Shown: piece by piece, positions 18,716 through 28,139 of the stretch
Numbering within the stretch: the first letter of the stretch is position 1
How the letters are laid out: each line of letters opens with the position of its first letter
NCBI GenBank assembly: GCA_036558345.1
Contig: DATBFV010000041.1
Span: 2,289 to 66,288, forward strand
DNA from: Gemmatimonadales bacterium
GTDB lineage: Bacteria; Gemmatimonadota; Gemmatimonadetes; Gemmatimonadales; GWC2-71-9
Direction: 5' to 3'
Length of the DNA: 64,000 bases
Program-made: the position numbers and the translations under genes
Notes under the pieces: generated by a model
Database searches by the model: none
Told to the model about the DNA's origin: nothing
The model's input: only the letters and a program-made list of their open reading frames with translations

Positions 18716-19338
18716 GCTGTGTCTCCTCCTCGTTTTCGTCCCATCGCTTCGAACAAGAACTCGAGGATCTCGACGTGCCGCTTGGCTTCCGCCAGATCGC
18801 GGCCCCACGTGTACAGGCCGTGGCGCCGGATGAGGAAGCCATGCGCTGCCAGGTGCCCGCGCAAGAGCCTCTCCACCTGCGGGGCCGCCCGAGCCCAATC
18901 CTGCGTGTTCTCGATGATCGGCAGCGCTTCGCGATGCTCGTGCGTGCGAACGCCGTCCAACCCTTTCAGCATCTCATACCCGTCGAGCGTCAGAGTGCTG
19001 CCGTCATCCGAGAGAATCGTGCTCCAAATGGAGTGCGTATGCAACACCGCGCCGGCACCCCGGGCGCGGACGATGGCAAGGTGCAACGCCGCTTCGGCAG
19101 ATGGTCGCCCGTCTCCCTGGACAACGTGGCCCGCGCTGTCAATCGCAACAATGTCGGTGGATTCAAGCAGCCCTTTATCTATGCCGCTCGTCGTGATGGC
19201 CAGTCTGAGGGGCTCGGCGGCGAGGACGGCGCTGAAGTTGCCGCTCGTGCCCAGCACCCATCCGCGCGCGTAGAAGAGTCGGCCGAGCTCGGCGAGCTGC
19301 TCGGCCGCGACCTCGAAGGATGGTGGCGGCAAACTCAA
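18703..19338 (-). CDS. mtnB: methylthioribulose-1-phosphate dehydratase (class II aldolase/adducin fold)
   Basis: [15 protein letters not shown] and the 211-aa length. The TTG start at 19338 forms a TTGA overlap with the upstream GH57 stop. Confidence 0.8.
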   Translation of the reverse strand: MSLPPPSFEVAAEQLAELGRLFYARGWVLGTSGNFSAVLAAEPLRLAITTSGIDKGLLESTDIVAIDSAGHVVQGDGRPSAEAALHLAIVRARGAGAVLHTHSIWSTILSDDGSTLTLDGYEMLKGLDGVRTHEHREALPIIENTQDWARAAPQVERLLRGHLAAHGFLIRRHGLYTWGRDLAEAKRHVEILEFLFEAMGRKRGGDTAWQP

Positions 19339-21248
19339 GACGAGATCTCAAGCGCCGCGCGGCCCAGCCGTGCCGGCCAACGAGGGGTGATCGAGATTCC
19401 CTGGACGGTTTCCTCGAACCCTCGCTCACTGCGCGCGACCGTGGTGATGTCGGATCGCCAGACCTCCGCGTCGGGCTGCAGACGCAGCGGCACGGCCCGC
19501 GCCAGCGACAGTTCTGGCGCGAAGCTCGCGTCCGGATGTCCCGTCACGTTCCAATCGTACGAAACCGACAAGCATCCAGCGGCGTCGAATGTGATCCGCT
19601 TCTCGAGCTCGTAGCCCCTGAGTGTCACCGTGACGGAGTCAGACGTCACCGATACCTGCGCGGTCATCGGCATCGCGGCCCAGGAGCGGATCGGCTTGTA
19701 TTTCGCGTTCGCGTAATCGTGCGCGGACAGGTCTTTCGGGAGAAGACGCTCGATCAGGATGGCACGCGGATCGTGATCCACGGGTGGGAGTGCCGTGAGT
19801 CGCGCCGCCTTTTCGATGTCGTGAATGCTCGCCGTGCCGCCGCCTTTGGCGTCGCTGTGCCCGGGCACGTGCTGTTTCGGAGGCTCGTGATACGATTCGC
19901 GCCGTCGCGTGAGCACGTCCGCGAGATTGGTGAGGTCGCTGAACCGCGTGAGCATTTCGACGGCACCGCCGCGGTGCGGGCTGATCAGCGCCGAGAACTG
20001 GGCCGAGTGGATCCACAGCTCCGGATAGCCGTCGTAATCGAGATCCAGCTCTTCGCAGGCGAGTGCTTCCCCCGCACGCAGCGCCTGCTCGGCGATGGCG
20101 AGCTGCTGCCAGACCGCGCTGCGGAGATGGGGCAGGTACAGGCCCCCAAACACTCCGTGCCAGTAGGCGTCGTTGCACTGGGCGCGCCCAATCGCCCGGC
20201 GCGCCACCGGCGGATCGCCCCGGCTGCGGGAGAGCTTCGAGAGCGCGACCATCATCTTCTGCATCCGATTCGACTCGCTGTACTTCACCAGGAAGTGATG
20301 CCAGTGTCCTCCCCGCACGAACGATGCTGACGCCGCCAAATGCTTGGGACCGAGCTCGTCTTCGAGCTTGATAAGGTGTATCTGGGCAGGCGCCGGAAGC
20401 GCCCATGTCTCCATCTCGCGGTAGGAAGCCGTGCCCAGATAGGCCAGTCCGCCCGTCGGCACCTGGCGGAACGCCTCCTGGCCGGTCGTGAGCTTGATCT
20501 CGCCGGCCGTCGTCAGCTCCTCCATGGTCTTCAAAAAGCTGTCGAGCCAGCCCGAGCCGTAGACCCAGTCCTTGGTTCCCGGCCATCCGCCGAACTTTTC
20601 GCCGTCATCGGCGAGAACGGCCAGCCCGTGTCCCTGCGACCGCAATTGGCGCAGATACGCCGCCGTTTCCTCGGGCGGACGGAAGGGAATCAGGTAACGC
20701 AGGCGCTCATCGATCGCGAGGAGACCGACGCGTTTTCCATCTGATTCGGTGTGATGTGGGCGGTGCAGCTCGTCCGGGCGAAATCCGCTCACCAAAAAGT
20801 GCCTGTCATCGACGAGCGCGTATTCGACACCCGCGTCAGCGAGATCCGCGGCGATCTCGGGTTGCCACACGCGCTCGGTCAGCCACAGTCCCGTCGCAGA
20901 TGCGCCAAAGCGTCGCTTCAGGTACTCGCGCATACGCCCGATCTGCTCGAGCCGGTCGGCACGGGGAAGCGATGCGAGAATCGGCTCGTCGAATCCCGCG
21001 AGCAACAACTCGAGCCGGCCGTCGGCCGCCAGCCGGCCGATCAAGTCGAGCCAAGATGTGTCGTGCGCCTCCAGCCACTCGAGGAGCGGCCCGGAGACAT
21101 GCAGGGTGAGTGGATAGAAACCGGCGGCACTCGTGCGCTCGATGATCGGCCGATAGACGTCGCGCACGTGATCGGCCATGACGTGGTCGAAATTCCCCAC
21201 CGGCTGATGCAGGTGCAGGCCAAAGACGAGCCGCAGAGGCTGGCTCAC
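19335..21248 (-). CDS. GH57-family alpha-amylase / 4-alpha-glucanotransferase-like enzyme
   Basis: LVFGLHLHQPVGNF at the N-terminus. The nucleophile region is GLWLTERVW and the acid/base region is LADDGEKFGGWPG. The GTG start forms a GTGA overlap with the upstream gene. Confidence 0.85.
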   Translation of the reverse strand: MSQPLRLVFGLHLHQPVGNFDHVMADHVRDVYRPIIERTSAAGFYPLTLHVSGPLLEWLEAHDTSWLDLIGRLAADGRLELLLAGFDEPILASLPRADRLEQIGRMREYLKRRFGASATGLWLTERVWQPEIAADLADAGVEYALVDDRHFLVSGFRPDELHRPHHTESDGKRVGLLAIDERLRYLIPFRPPEETAAYLRQLRSQGHGLAVLADDGEKFGGWPGTKDWVYGSGWLDSFLKTMEELTTAGEIKLTTGQEAFRQVPTGGLAYLGTASYREMETWALPAPAQIHLIKLEDELGPKHLAASASFVRGGHWHHFLVKYSESNRMQKMMVALSKLSRSRGDPPVARRAIGRAQCNDAYWHGVFGGLYLPHLRSAVWQQLAIAEQALRAGEALACEELDLDYDGYPELWIHSAQFSALISPHRGGAVEMLTRFSDLTNLADVLTRRRESYHEPPKQHVPGHSDAKGGGTASIHDIEKAARLTALPPVDHDPRAILIERLLPKDLSAHDYANAKYKPIRSWAAMPMTAQVSVTSDSVTVTLRGYELEKRITFDAAGCLSVSYDWNVTGHPDASFAPELSLARAVPLRLQPDAEVWRSDITTVARSERGFEETVQGISITPRWPARLGRAALEISS

Positions 21249-22582
21249 GACGGCGCGGGCTGCAGCATTTGGCGGAAGACGTCGGCGGCGCTACCGGCGG
21301 CAGGATCGTTACTCCGCGCATCGCCCAGCTTCTCGATGAATCCGGCCTCGAGCCGGCCGCTCTCGGCACCCGTAAGCGTGATCGCGTGCGCCGCGTAGCG
21401 GAGCACCTGGCGGCCTTCCAGACCGGCGATGTCATCGAAGAACCAGCCGCAGGAGGTCATGGCGCGTAGCACGCCGCGCTCCATCTCGATGAGCCGCTGC
21501 GCTTCTGCGTCACCGTTCACGGGGCCAGTCGCTTCCGCGGCGTTTCGGAACGCCCACGGGCCGCCGGGCAAATTTCGGCCGTCGCGCTCGTACAGCGTGT
21601 GAATCTCTCCGGCAAGCCAGTCGATCGCCGCGCGCAGCGGCGCGCGCCAATCCTGCTGGGACGGCCGGTCATGATGGATCCGGCAGCCACACGCTGCGCG
21701 CCAGCGCTCGATGCCGTGCGCGCAGCTCCACGATGTGCGCTCGACCAGCTCGACCGATTCAGTGGGAGGATACTTCGCAAGCGCTGCGGCGAAGTTCGTC
21801 AGCTCGACGTTCGGAAGCTCGCGCAATCGCGCGACCGTCTCCGCGATGCCGCGGACGCCCCCTTTGTGGTGATGACCGAAGGTCTCGCCGTCCACAGCCA
21901 CCGCCTCGATCCGACCGGGCTCGATCTGCTTTGCGGCCAGGATCCAGCGCTCGGCGTTGGACTGCAGGTCGCCGAACGCGATCTCATGGGAGCGCGCGCC
22001 GTCATAGGTGAACACCGCGATCGAGCCTCCCGAGCCGAGCTCGATCCGGACCGGATGGCCGTCGCGTGGTGCACGCGACACCTGATGCGGGGCGAGAACC
22101 GTAAAGGCGATTCCTTCTTTCGCCAGCACGTCGAGTGTCTCCCGGTCCACGGCGGTCTCGGGTAGCCAGAACCCCGTGGGATCACGCCGAAAGCGCCGCC
22201 GGAAGTCCGCGATTCCCCAGCGCACTTCGGTTTCCTTATCGCGACGGCTCGCGAGCGGCAGAATGATGTGGTGATACGGCATCGCGAGCGCGTTTCCGTG
22301 TCCGAGTCGGTGCCGGCTCGCGCCATCAGCGCTGACCACGGCGGCGGGCACGTCTGATGCTTCGCGGTCCATCCACTCGAGCAGCGTCGGACCGAAGTCA
22401 AAGCTGAGGTATTCGTAAACCGCGGCCAGCGGGCGGTACGCCTCGCGCGTGATGCGCGCATTCCAGTCATGATCGGGAGCTGCGGACGGCTCGGCATCCA
22501 CCAGTCCGGTCCAGGGGTTCTCACGAGGCGGCTGGTAAAAATGCCCGTGGATGACGGCAAGGCCTTTCCGCGGGGAGGTCAT
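21245..22582 (-). CDS. GH57-family glycoside hydrolase (DUF3536-associated type)
   Basis: AVIHGHFYQPPRENPW, GFWLPETAV and AVDGETFGHH. ATGA overlap with the upstream gene. Confidence 0.8.
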   Translation of the reverse strand: MTSPRKGLAVIHGHFYQPPRENPWTGLVDAEPSAAPDHDWNARITREAYRPLAAVYEYLSFDFGPTLLEWMDREASDVPAAVVSADGASRHRLGHGNALAMPYHHIILPLASRRDKETEVRWGIADFRRRFRRDPTGFWLPETAVDRETLDVLAKEGIAFTVLAPHQVSRAPRDGHPVRIELGSGGSIAVFTYDGARSHEIAFGDLQSNAERWILAAKQIEPGRIEAVAVDGETFGHHHKGGVRGIAETVARLRELPNVELTNFAAALAKYPPTESVELVERTSWSCAHGIERWRAACGCRIHHDRPSQQDWRAPLRAAIDWLAGEIHTLYERDGRNLPGGPWAFRNAAEATGPVNGDAEAQRLIEMERGVLRAMTSCGWFFDDIAGLEGRQVLRYAAHAITLTGAESGRLEAGFIEKLGDARSNDPAAGSAADVFRQMLQPAPS

Positions 22583-24216
22583 CCCACAACTTCGGCAATG
22601 CTGCGCAGGACATTGGGAAAGACGCCGTCCTGCGCACCCAGCGCTTCAACCCGACGCATCGTCGCGTCGTCAATCGATCCCGTCGCCAGGGCACGCACGA
22701 GATCTTCGGCCTGACCGCAGTGTTCGTCAAAGCGTTGGTTGGCGTAGTCCGCCGCTTCACCGGCCGAAATGATGAACTGCCAGTCCGAGCCCTGAGCGAG
22801 CAGCATCGCGCGCGTCGCTTGTGCGAGCACGGCTTGCTGCTTCGGATCACCCTTCAGCGCCTTGCGCGCGACGGGCCAGTACGCTTCCTCGAGCGCCCAC
22901 AGCCGCTTCCAGGTCCACGACGTCTGATCGTTGAGCCAGTACGAGAAGTCCCCGTCCTTGCCCCACGACCCCGCGGTGAGCTGAATCGTGGGCGCGCGCC
23001 GGCCGTGTGTGGCGACGTGCTCGCGCGCGGTTACGGGCCGTACTCCATTGCCTGCCAGGCGCCGATAGACGTTGGCGAGAAAATCGACGCCCTCGAACCA
23101 CCAATGCCCGAACAGCTCCGCATCGAACGGTGCCGTGACGACCGCGTCCCGCACCTTACTCTTCCCACGCCGCGCCGCCGTCTCCTTCAACACGCCGGCG
23201 AAGTGGTCGGCATGATTGCGCGCTGCGACCTGCGCGGCCTGGGGGTCGTACTGCCGCTTCTCGCCGAGGTCCACGCCCGGCCCCGTGACGCGCCACAACC
23301 GCAGTCCGTCCGGCCAGCGAATCTTGTGGAATTCCAGATACCACTCGTCGCCGGGATAGCCCTGCGCGCGGCTCCACACCTGGGCGGAGGACTTTGGATC
23401 CCGCACCAGCGCGAACAGATCGCGCGCCTTGCCGTCGATCGACGCGACGCGGTACGCGGTGTACGGTGTTCGCTGCCCCGATGCCGGCGCCGCTACGGCA
23501 TCCGGATATTCCATGGCCGGTCCCGCATGCACGAGGTGTGAGTCGACGAAGAAATACTTGAAGCCGACGTCGGTCAGATGCTGCTCGATCCCGACGCGGT
23601 AAGGCTGTGCCTGCGCGCCGAAACCGGGATTCCACGGGCCAGCCGGACGATACGCGCACTCCGGCAGCCAGCAGCCGGTCGGCGCTGTGCCGAACAGTCG
23701 CCTGTGCTCCGACACGCCGACGCGCAGCTGGAGCTGGATGCTCTCGTCGCGCGCGAATAACGGGAGGAACCCGTGGGTCGCGGCCGAGGAGATGATTTCG
23801 ATCGCGCCGCGATCCTCGAAGCCGCGCAGTGTTCCGATCAAATCTTCGTCGATGTCACGGAATAGCCGGTACAGGCGCTGCAGCCGTTGCAGCCAGAAAT
23901 CGGCGATCGGTTTGAGCGCGAGGTCGCCGGACTTGGCGAGCGACGCCGGCGCCGCTGCCGCGGTCTCGAGCCGCCGCTCCATGTACGCTTCGAACTCACT
24001 GACGAACGACGGATGCGCGAGCTGATTCGCGAGAATCGGCGTGATGCCAAGGGTAATGGGAGCGCGGATGCGCTCGCGCTCGAGCTGCTGCAGCACTTCG
24101 ATCAGCGGGAGATAACTGTCGAGCGCACCTTCGGACAGCCAGACGCTGCCGTGTGGCCATCGGCCGTGATGCAAGACGTACGGCAGATGTCCGTGGAGTG
24201 TGAGGACAAAGTCCAT
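22579..24216 (-). CDS. GH57-type 1,4-alpha-glucan branching enzyme
   Basis: Trimmed to MDFVLTLHGHLPYVLHHGRWPHG (ATG at 24216). GCWLPECAY and APFDAELFGHWWFEG are typical of GH57 branching enzymes. The 99-aa track extension overlaps glgA. Confidence 0.85.
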   Translation of the reverse strand: MDFVLTLHGHLPYVLHHGRWPHGSVWLSEGALDSYLPLIEVLQQLERERIRAPITLGITPILANQLAHPSFVSEFEAYMERRLETAAAAPASLAKSGDLALKPIADFWLQRLQRLYRLFRDIDEDLIGTLRGFEDRGAIEIISSAATHGFLPLFARDESIQLQLRVGVSEHRRLFGTAPTGCWLPECAYRPAGPWNPGFGAQAQPYRVGIEQHLTDVGFKYFFVDSHLVHAGPAMEYPDAVAAPASGQRTPYTAYRVASIDGKARDLFALVRDPKSSAQVWSRAQGYPGDEWYLEFHKIRWPDGLRLWRVTGPGVDLGEKRQYDPQAAQVAARNHADHFAGVLKETAARRGKSKVRDAVVTAPFDAELFGHWWFEGVDFLANVYRRLAGNGVRPVTAREHVATHGRRAPTIQLTAGSWGKDGDFSYWLNDQTSWTWKRLWALEEAYWPVARKALKGDPKQQAVLAQATRAMLLAQGSDWQFIISAGEAADYANQRFDEHCGQAEDLVRALATGSIDDATMRRVEALGAQDGVFPNVLRSIAEVVG

Positions 24217-24244
24217 CGTGGGGGCAGTAGTGGGGGCGGGCGTG

Positions 24245-25777
24245 CTAGCGACGGGCGTTGACGCCTCGTCCACTCTTGCCGGCGGTGGACCGTTTGCGTG
24301 GCTTGCGGCCGCTGGGCTCAGGCATGGACGCGTCGGGAAGGGCGCGCGCCGCCGCTGCCCGCCGATAGACCGCCTCGTAGGCTTCGGCCGGCTGGCGCCA
24401 CGAGAAATCTTTGCGCATCGCGCCGCGCGCGAGCTCGGTGAACCGGGCGTGATCCTGGTAGAGCGTGACGCCGCGCTGCACCGCGCGATCGAACGCCTCG
24501 GGACTGTAGGCATCGTACAAGATCCCGGTCACACCATCTTCGATGGTATCGGCCAGCCCGCCGACGCGTCGGGCGACCGGGAGCGCGCCATAGAGCTGCG
24601 CGCGCATCTGCGTCAGGCCGCAGGGCTCGTACAACGACGGCATCATCAGGAAGTCGGCGCCGGCGAGCAATTGATGTTCGAGCTTGTCGGTGAATGCGGT
24701 GTTGATGCCGATCCGCGTCGGATAGCGGGCCGACAGGTCACGCAGCGCGTTTTCGAACTGCGCCTCTCCCGCGCCAAGGAACAGGAACTGCGCATCGAGC
24801 TGGCGCAGCGACTGCGAGGCGACGATTTGATCGAGCCCCTTTTGGGCAACGAGTCGCGCGCTCATGCCGAACACCGGCACATCCGCGCGCAGTGGCAAGC
24901 TCCACGACGCCTGCAGCTCGGCTTTGCACGTCACCTTGCCCGACAGGTCGTCGGCCGTGAACCGCGCCGGAATATCGGGATCGTTGGCGGGATCCCACTT
25001 CTTGACATCGATCCCGTTGCGAATGCCCACCAGGCGATCGCCGAGTTGCCGGAAGCTGTGCTGCAGTCCGAAGCCACCGACATCGGTCAACAGCTCGAAC
25101 GCGTGCGTCGGACTCACCGTGGTGACCATGTCGGCGTAGAGCAGGCCGCCCTTGAGGAAGTTCAGCCGGCCGTACCACTCCATGAAGTCGGGCGACCACA
25201 TGTCGTCGGGGAGTCCGATCTCCTTCATGACGTGATACGGATAGACGCCCTGAAAGCCGCCGTTGTGCACCGTCAGGACGACGGGGAGCCGCTGCAGCTC
25301 GGCGTCATTCCGGTAGACGCGGCGCAAGAAGACGGGCGCCAGCGCGGTATGCCAGTCGTGCGCGTGCAGAATCAGATTGCCGTCGCCGAGGCGCCGGGCG
25401 ATCTGGATGGCGGCCGCCGCGAGCAGCGCGAAGCGGTGCGGATTGTCGGAATAATCGCCGCTCCCGTCGCCGTAAATGCCCGGGCGATTGAACGAGGGCT
25501 CGTGCTCGAGGAAGAGAATCTGCGGGAATCCGTCGCGCACCTCGCGCCAGCAGCGCACCTCTTCGCGGCGATCGCCGATCTCCAGCGTAAACGGATCGAA
25601 CAGCGGCTCCAGCCGGCCGGCGTGCGCGCGCGCCTCGCGGTAGAGCGGCAGCAGGACGTGACTCTCCGTGCCGCTCGCCGCCTGATAATCGGCGATGTCG
25701 GCGACCGCTTGCCCCAAGCCGCCCGTGCGGGCGTAGGGCCAGAGCTCAGCGGTCAGGTGGAGGACACGCCTCTTCAA
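24245..25777 (-). CDS. glgA: glycogen synthase (GT5)
   Basis: VLHLTAELWPYARTGGLGQAV (KTGGL-type motif) plus C-terminal GT-B blocks (PSLYEPCGLTQM). The start was chosen at the TTG at 25777, which is preceded by GGGAGG. The ORF-track start 25906 would overlap glgP by 116 nt. The start is uncertain. Confidence 0.8.
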   Translation of the reverse strand: MKRRVLHLTAELWPYARTGGLGQAVADIADYQAASGTESHVLLPLYREARAHAGRLEPLFDPFTLEIGDRREEVRCWREVRDGFPQILFLEHEPSFNRPGIYGDGSGDYSDNPHRFALLAAAAIQIARRLGDGNLILHAHDWHTALAPVFLRRVYRNDAELQRLPVVLTVHNGGFQGVYPYHVMKEIGLPDDMWSPDFMEWYGRLNFLKGGLLYADMVTTVSPTHAFELLTDVGGFGLQHSFRQLGDRLVGIRNGIDVKKWDPANDPDIPARFTADDLSGKVTCKAELQASWSLPLRADVPVFGMSARLVAQKGLDQIVASQSLRQLDAQFLFLGAGEAQFENALRDLSARYPTRIGINTAFTDKLEHQLLAGADFLMMPSLYEPCGLTQMRAQLYGALPVARRVGGLADTIEDGVTGILYDAYSPEAFDRAVQRGVTLYQDHARFTELARGAMRKDFSWRQPAEAYEAVYRRAAAARALPDASMPEPSGRKPRKRSTAGKSGRGVNARR

Positions 25778-25790
25778 CGGACCTCCCGCG

Positions 25791-28046
25791 TCATTGCGGC
25801 AGAGGTGGTGGATCGCCGGTGATCGTTTCGCCAACCGCGGTGGGCACGTAGTACCGCGTGACGTACTCCTGCAGCATTTGCCGTGTGGTGAAGCGCTCGA
25901 CGGCAACGGCGAGCGCGGCTTTCATCATATGTACCCAGGCGGGCGAATGACGGCCAGGGAGTCGATCGTAGTACGTCGGTACTACTTCTTGCTCGAGCAA
26001 CCGGAACAGGTGCTCCATGTCCTGTTGCTCGGGGTCGCTCCCCGCGCCCGTCCCTTCGGCGCTGGCCAGGGGAATCGCCCAGCCATTCTCCCCGGTATAA
26101 CCCTCCGCCCACCATCCGTCCAACGTGCCGAGTTGCGGCACGCCGTTCAAGGCGGCCTTCATACCGCTCGTGCCACACGCCTCCAGCGGCACGCGCGGCA
26201 CATTCATCCAGAGGTCCACGCCCGCCACCATGCGCTGCGCGAGGTGCAGCTCGTAATCCTCGAGAAACGCAATGCGACCCTCGAAGCCCGGGTCCTGCGC
26301 CGCGGTGAAGACCTTCTGCAGCACGCGCTTGCCCGGCTCGTCGGCCGGATGGGCTTTGCCGGAAAAAATGATCTGGACGGGACGGCGGGGATCGGTGAGC
26401 AGGCGTCTGAGCCGCTCGGGATCGCGGAACAGGAGGTCGGCGCGCTTGTAGGTGGCAAACCGGCGCGCAAAACCGAGCGTCAGAACGTTGGGGGAAAGGA
26501 GCGCACCAGCTCCCGCAAGCTTGGCCGGGTCCTTCCACTGGTCGCGCCAACGGTGACGTGCCTCCTCGCGGATATAATGAAACAACAGGTGGCGGAGGCC
26601 CTCATGCACTGTCCACAGCCGGTCATCGTCGATGCTTCGTACCGCCGCGGCCACGGCTGCCGGTTCAGCGTCCGACTCCCAGTCGGAACCGAGGGAATCG
26701 GCAAGCATGTCGCGGATCGGCCGTGCCATCCACGTGCCGAGATGAACCCCGTTGGTGACGTAACCGATCGGGATGTCTTCCACGGGTTTGTCTTTCCAGA
26801 CCCAGCGCCAAATCCGGCGAGACTCTTCACGGTGGCGGGCCGAGACCCCATTCACGCGACCGGCGAGTCGCAGCGACAGCACGGTCATCTCAAAGTGCTG
26901 ATCCTTCAAACCGGGCTGTCCAAACGCCATAAACTGCTCGCGCGTCATACCCATCGTGTTCCAGAACGGTCCTGTCACTTGCTCGATTTGGTCGAACGAA
27001 AATACGTCGTGCCCCGCAGGCACCGGCGTGTGAGTCGTAAACACACTGGTCGCGCGGATCTGCTCCCGCGCTTGCGACGGCGTGAGACCTTTTCCGATGA
27101 GCTCGCGCATACGCTCGATGTAGCTGAATCCTGCGTGCCCTTCATTGGCATGCCAGATCTCGGGGGCAAGGCCCAGCGCGCGCAAAATCCGAACGCCGGC
27201 GACGCCGAGCACCCATTCCTGCCGCAAGCGCCACTCGGCGCCGCTGGTGTAGAGACGCGCAGTCAGATCGCGATCGGCCGGATCGTTGCACTCGAGGTCG
27301 GTGTCGAGCAGGTACACCGGCACGCGTCCCACCATCACGCGCCACGCGCCCACTTGTACTTCGCGCCCGGAAATCGTCACGGCGGCGACACAGGGATCAC
27401 CGTCGGGGCCATTCACGCGGACGACAGGATTGACGGTGGGATCGACCGGATCGTCGGAGTCACGCTGCCACCCGTCGAGGCCGATGGTCTGATCGAAATA
27501 GCCGCCGTGGTAGTACAGTCCGATGCCGACGAGCGGCACACCCAGGTCGGAAGCCTCTTTGCAGTGATCGCCCGCGAGCACGCCGAGCCCACCCGAGTAG
27601 ATGGGCAGGGAACGATGCAGCGCGAATTCGGCTGAGAAGTAGGCGATTACGCGATTCTTCAGCTCGGGATAGCGAGTGGTGAACCAGGTGGCGGTGCCGT
27701 TCTGCTGCGTCAGATCCTCGAACCGCTTGATGACCTGGTCGTAGCGCTCGAGAAACAGCGGATCACGGGCCCGCTCCGTTAGGCGATCGGGTGCGACCTG
27801 CCGCAGAAACTCGACCGCGTTATGGCGGGTCGCTTCCCAGAGGTGGTGGTCGATCCGGTGGAACAGCTCGCGCGCATCGAGCTGCCAGCTCCACCAGAGG
27901 TTCTGGGTGACGTCGCCGAGCAGCCGGATGCGATCCGGCAGGTGGTTCGGCTCGGAGGGCTGGCTCGTGTGGGGCGATACGGCAACCGGTGCCGGGGCCG
28001 TGGGGGACGGGGAAGTGGGGGATTCTGGAGTCATCGGTTGCGACAT
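25791..28046 (-). CDS. glgP: alpha-glucan phosphorylase (maltodextrin/glycogen phosphorylase, GT35)
   Basis: NLWWSWQ..ARELF in the N-terminal block and EACGTSGMKAALNG in the PLP-lysine region. 751 aa. Confidence 0.9.
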   Translation of the reverse strand: MSQPMTPESPTSPSPTAPAPVAVSPHTSQPSEPNHLPDRIRLLGDVTQNLWWSWQLDARELFHRIDHHLWEATRHNAVEFLRQVAPDRLTERARDPLFLERYDQVIKRFEDLTQQNGTATWFTTRYPELKNRVIAYFSAEFALHRSLPIYSGGLGVLAGDHCKEASDLGVPLVGIGLYYHGGYFDQTIGLDGWQRDSDDPVDPTVNPVVRVNGPDGDPCVAAVTISGREVQVGAWRVMVGRVPVYLLDTDLECNDPADRDLTARLYTSGAEWRLRQEWVLGVAGVRILRALGLAPEIWHANEGHAGFSYIERMRELIGKGLTPSQAREQIRATSVFTTHTPVPAGHDVFSFDQIEQVTGPFWNTMGMTREQFMAFGQPGLKDQHFEMTVLSLRLAGRVNGVSARHREESRRIWRWVWKDKPVEDIPIGYVTNGVHLGTWMARPIRDMLADSLGSDWESDAEPAAVAAAVRSIDDDRLWTVHEGLRHLLFHYIREEARHRWRDQWKDPAKLAGAGALLSPNVLTLGFARRFATYKRADLLFRDPERLRRLLTDPRRPVQIIFSGKAHPADEPGKRVLQKVFTAAQDPGFEGRIAFLEDYELHLAQRMVAGVDLWMNVPRVPLEACGTSGMKAALNGVPQLGTLDGWWAEGYTGENGWAIPLASAEGTGAGSDPEQQDMEHLFRLLEQEVVPTYYDRLPGRHSPAWVHMMKAALAVAVERFTTRQMLQEYVTRYYVPTAVGETITGDPPPLPQ

Positions 28047-28139
28047 ATCTAATCGGTGAGATTGTAAGGCTCCAGTCAGGGCCGCAACCTTTTGCGATTG
28101 CGCCGCGTCGAACCCTATATCCTAGCCCCCGTGATCACG

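Noticed and set aside
25794-27635. Very long ORFs antisense to well-supported genes. Examples: 25794..27635 and 24200..25822 opposite glgP/glgA; 59107..60483 opposite the S9 peptidase; 31855..33624 opposite the symporter and kinase; 10416..11492 opposite the OM peptidase; 46112..46942; 37984..38793.
   Set aside because: Their translations are Arg/Ala/Pro/Gly-rich with no recognisable motifs. They lack the third-position GC bias of the sense frames. They are fully embedded opposite genes with clear family signatures. This is typical stop-codon depletion in high-GC DNA.
28092-28121. A sigma70-like promoter candidate TTGCGA-N18-TATATC upstream of the DUF5916-type gene.
   Set aside because: Both hexamers match only moderately and the spacer is non-optimal. 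It is not distinguishable from background without transcription-start data.
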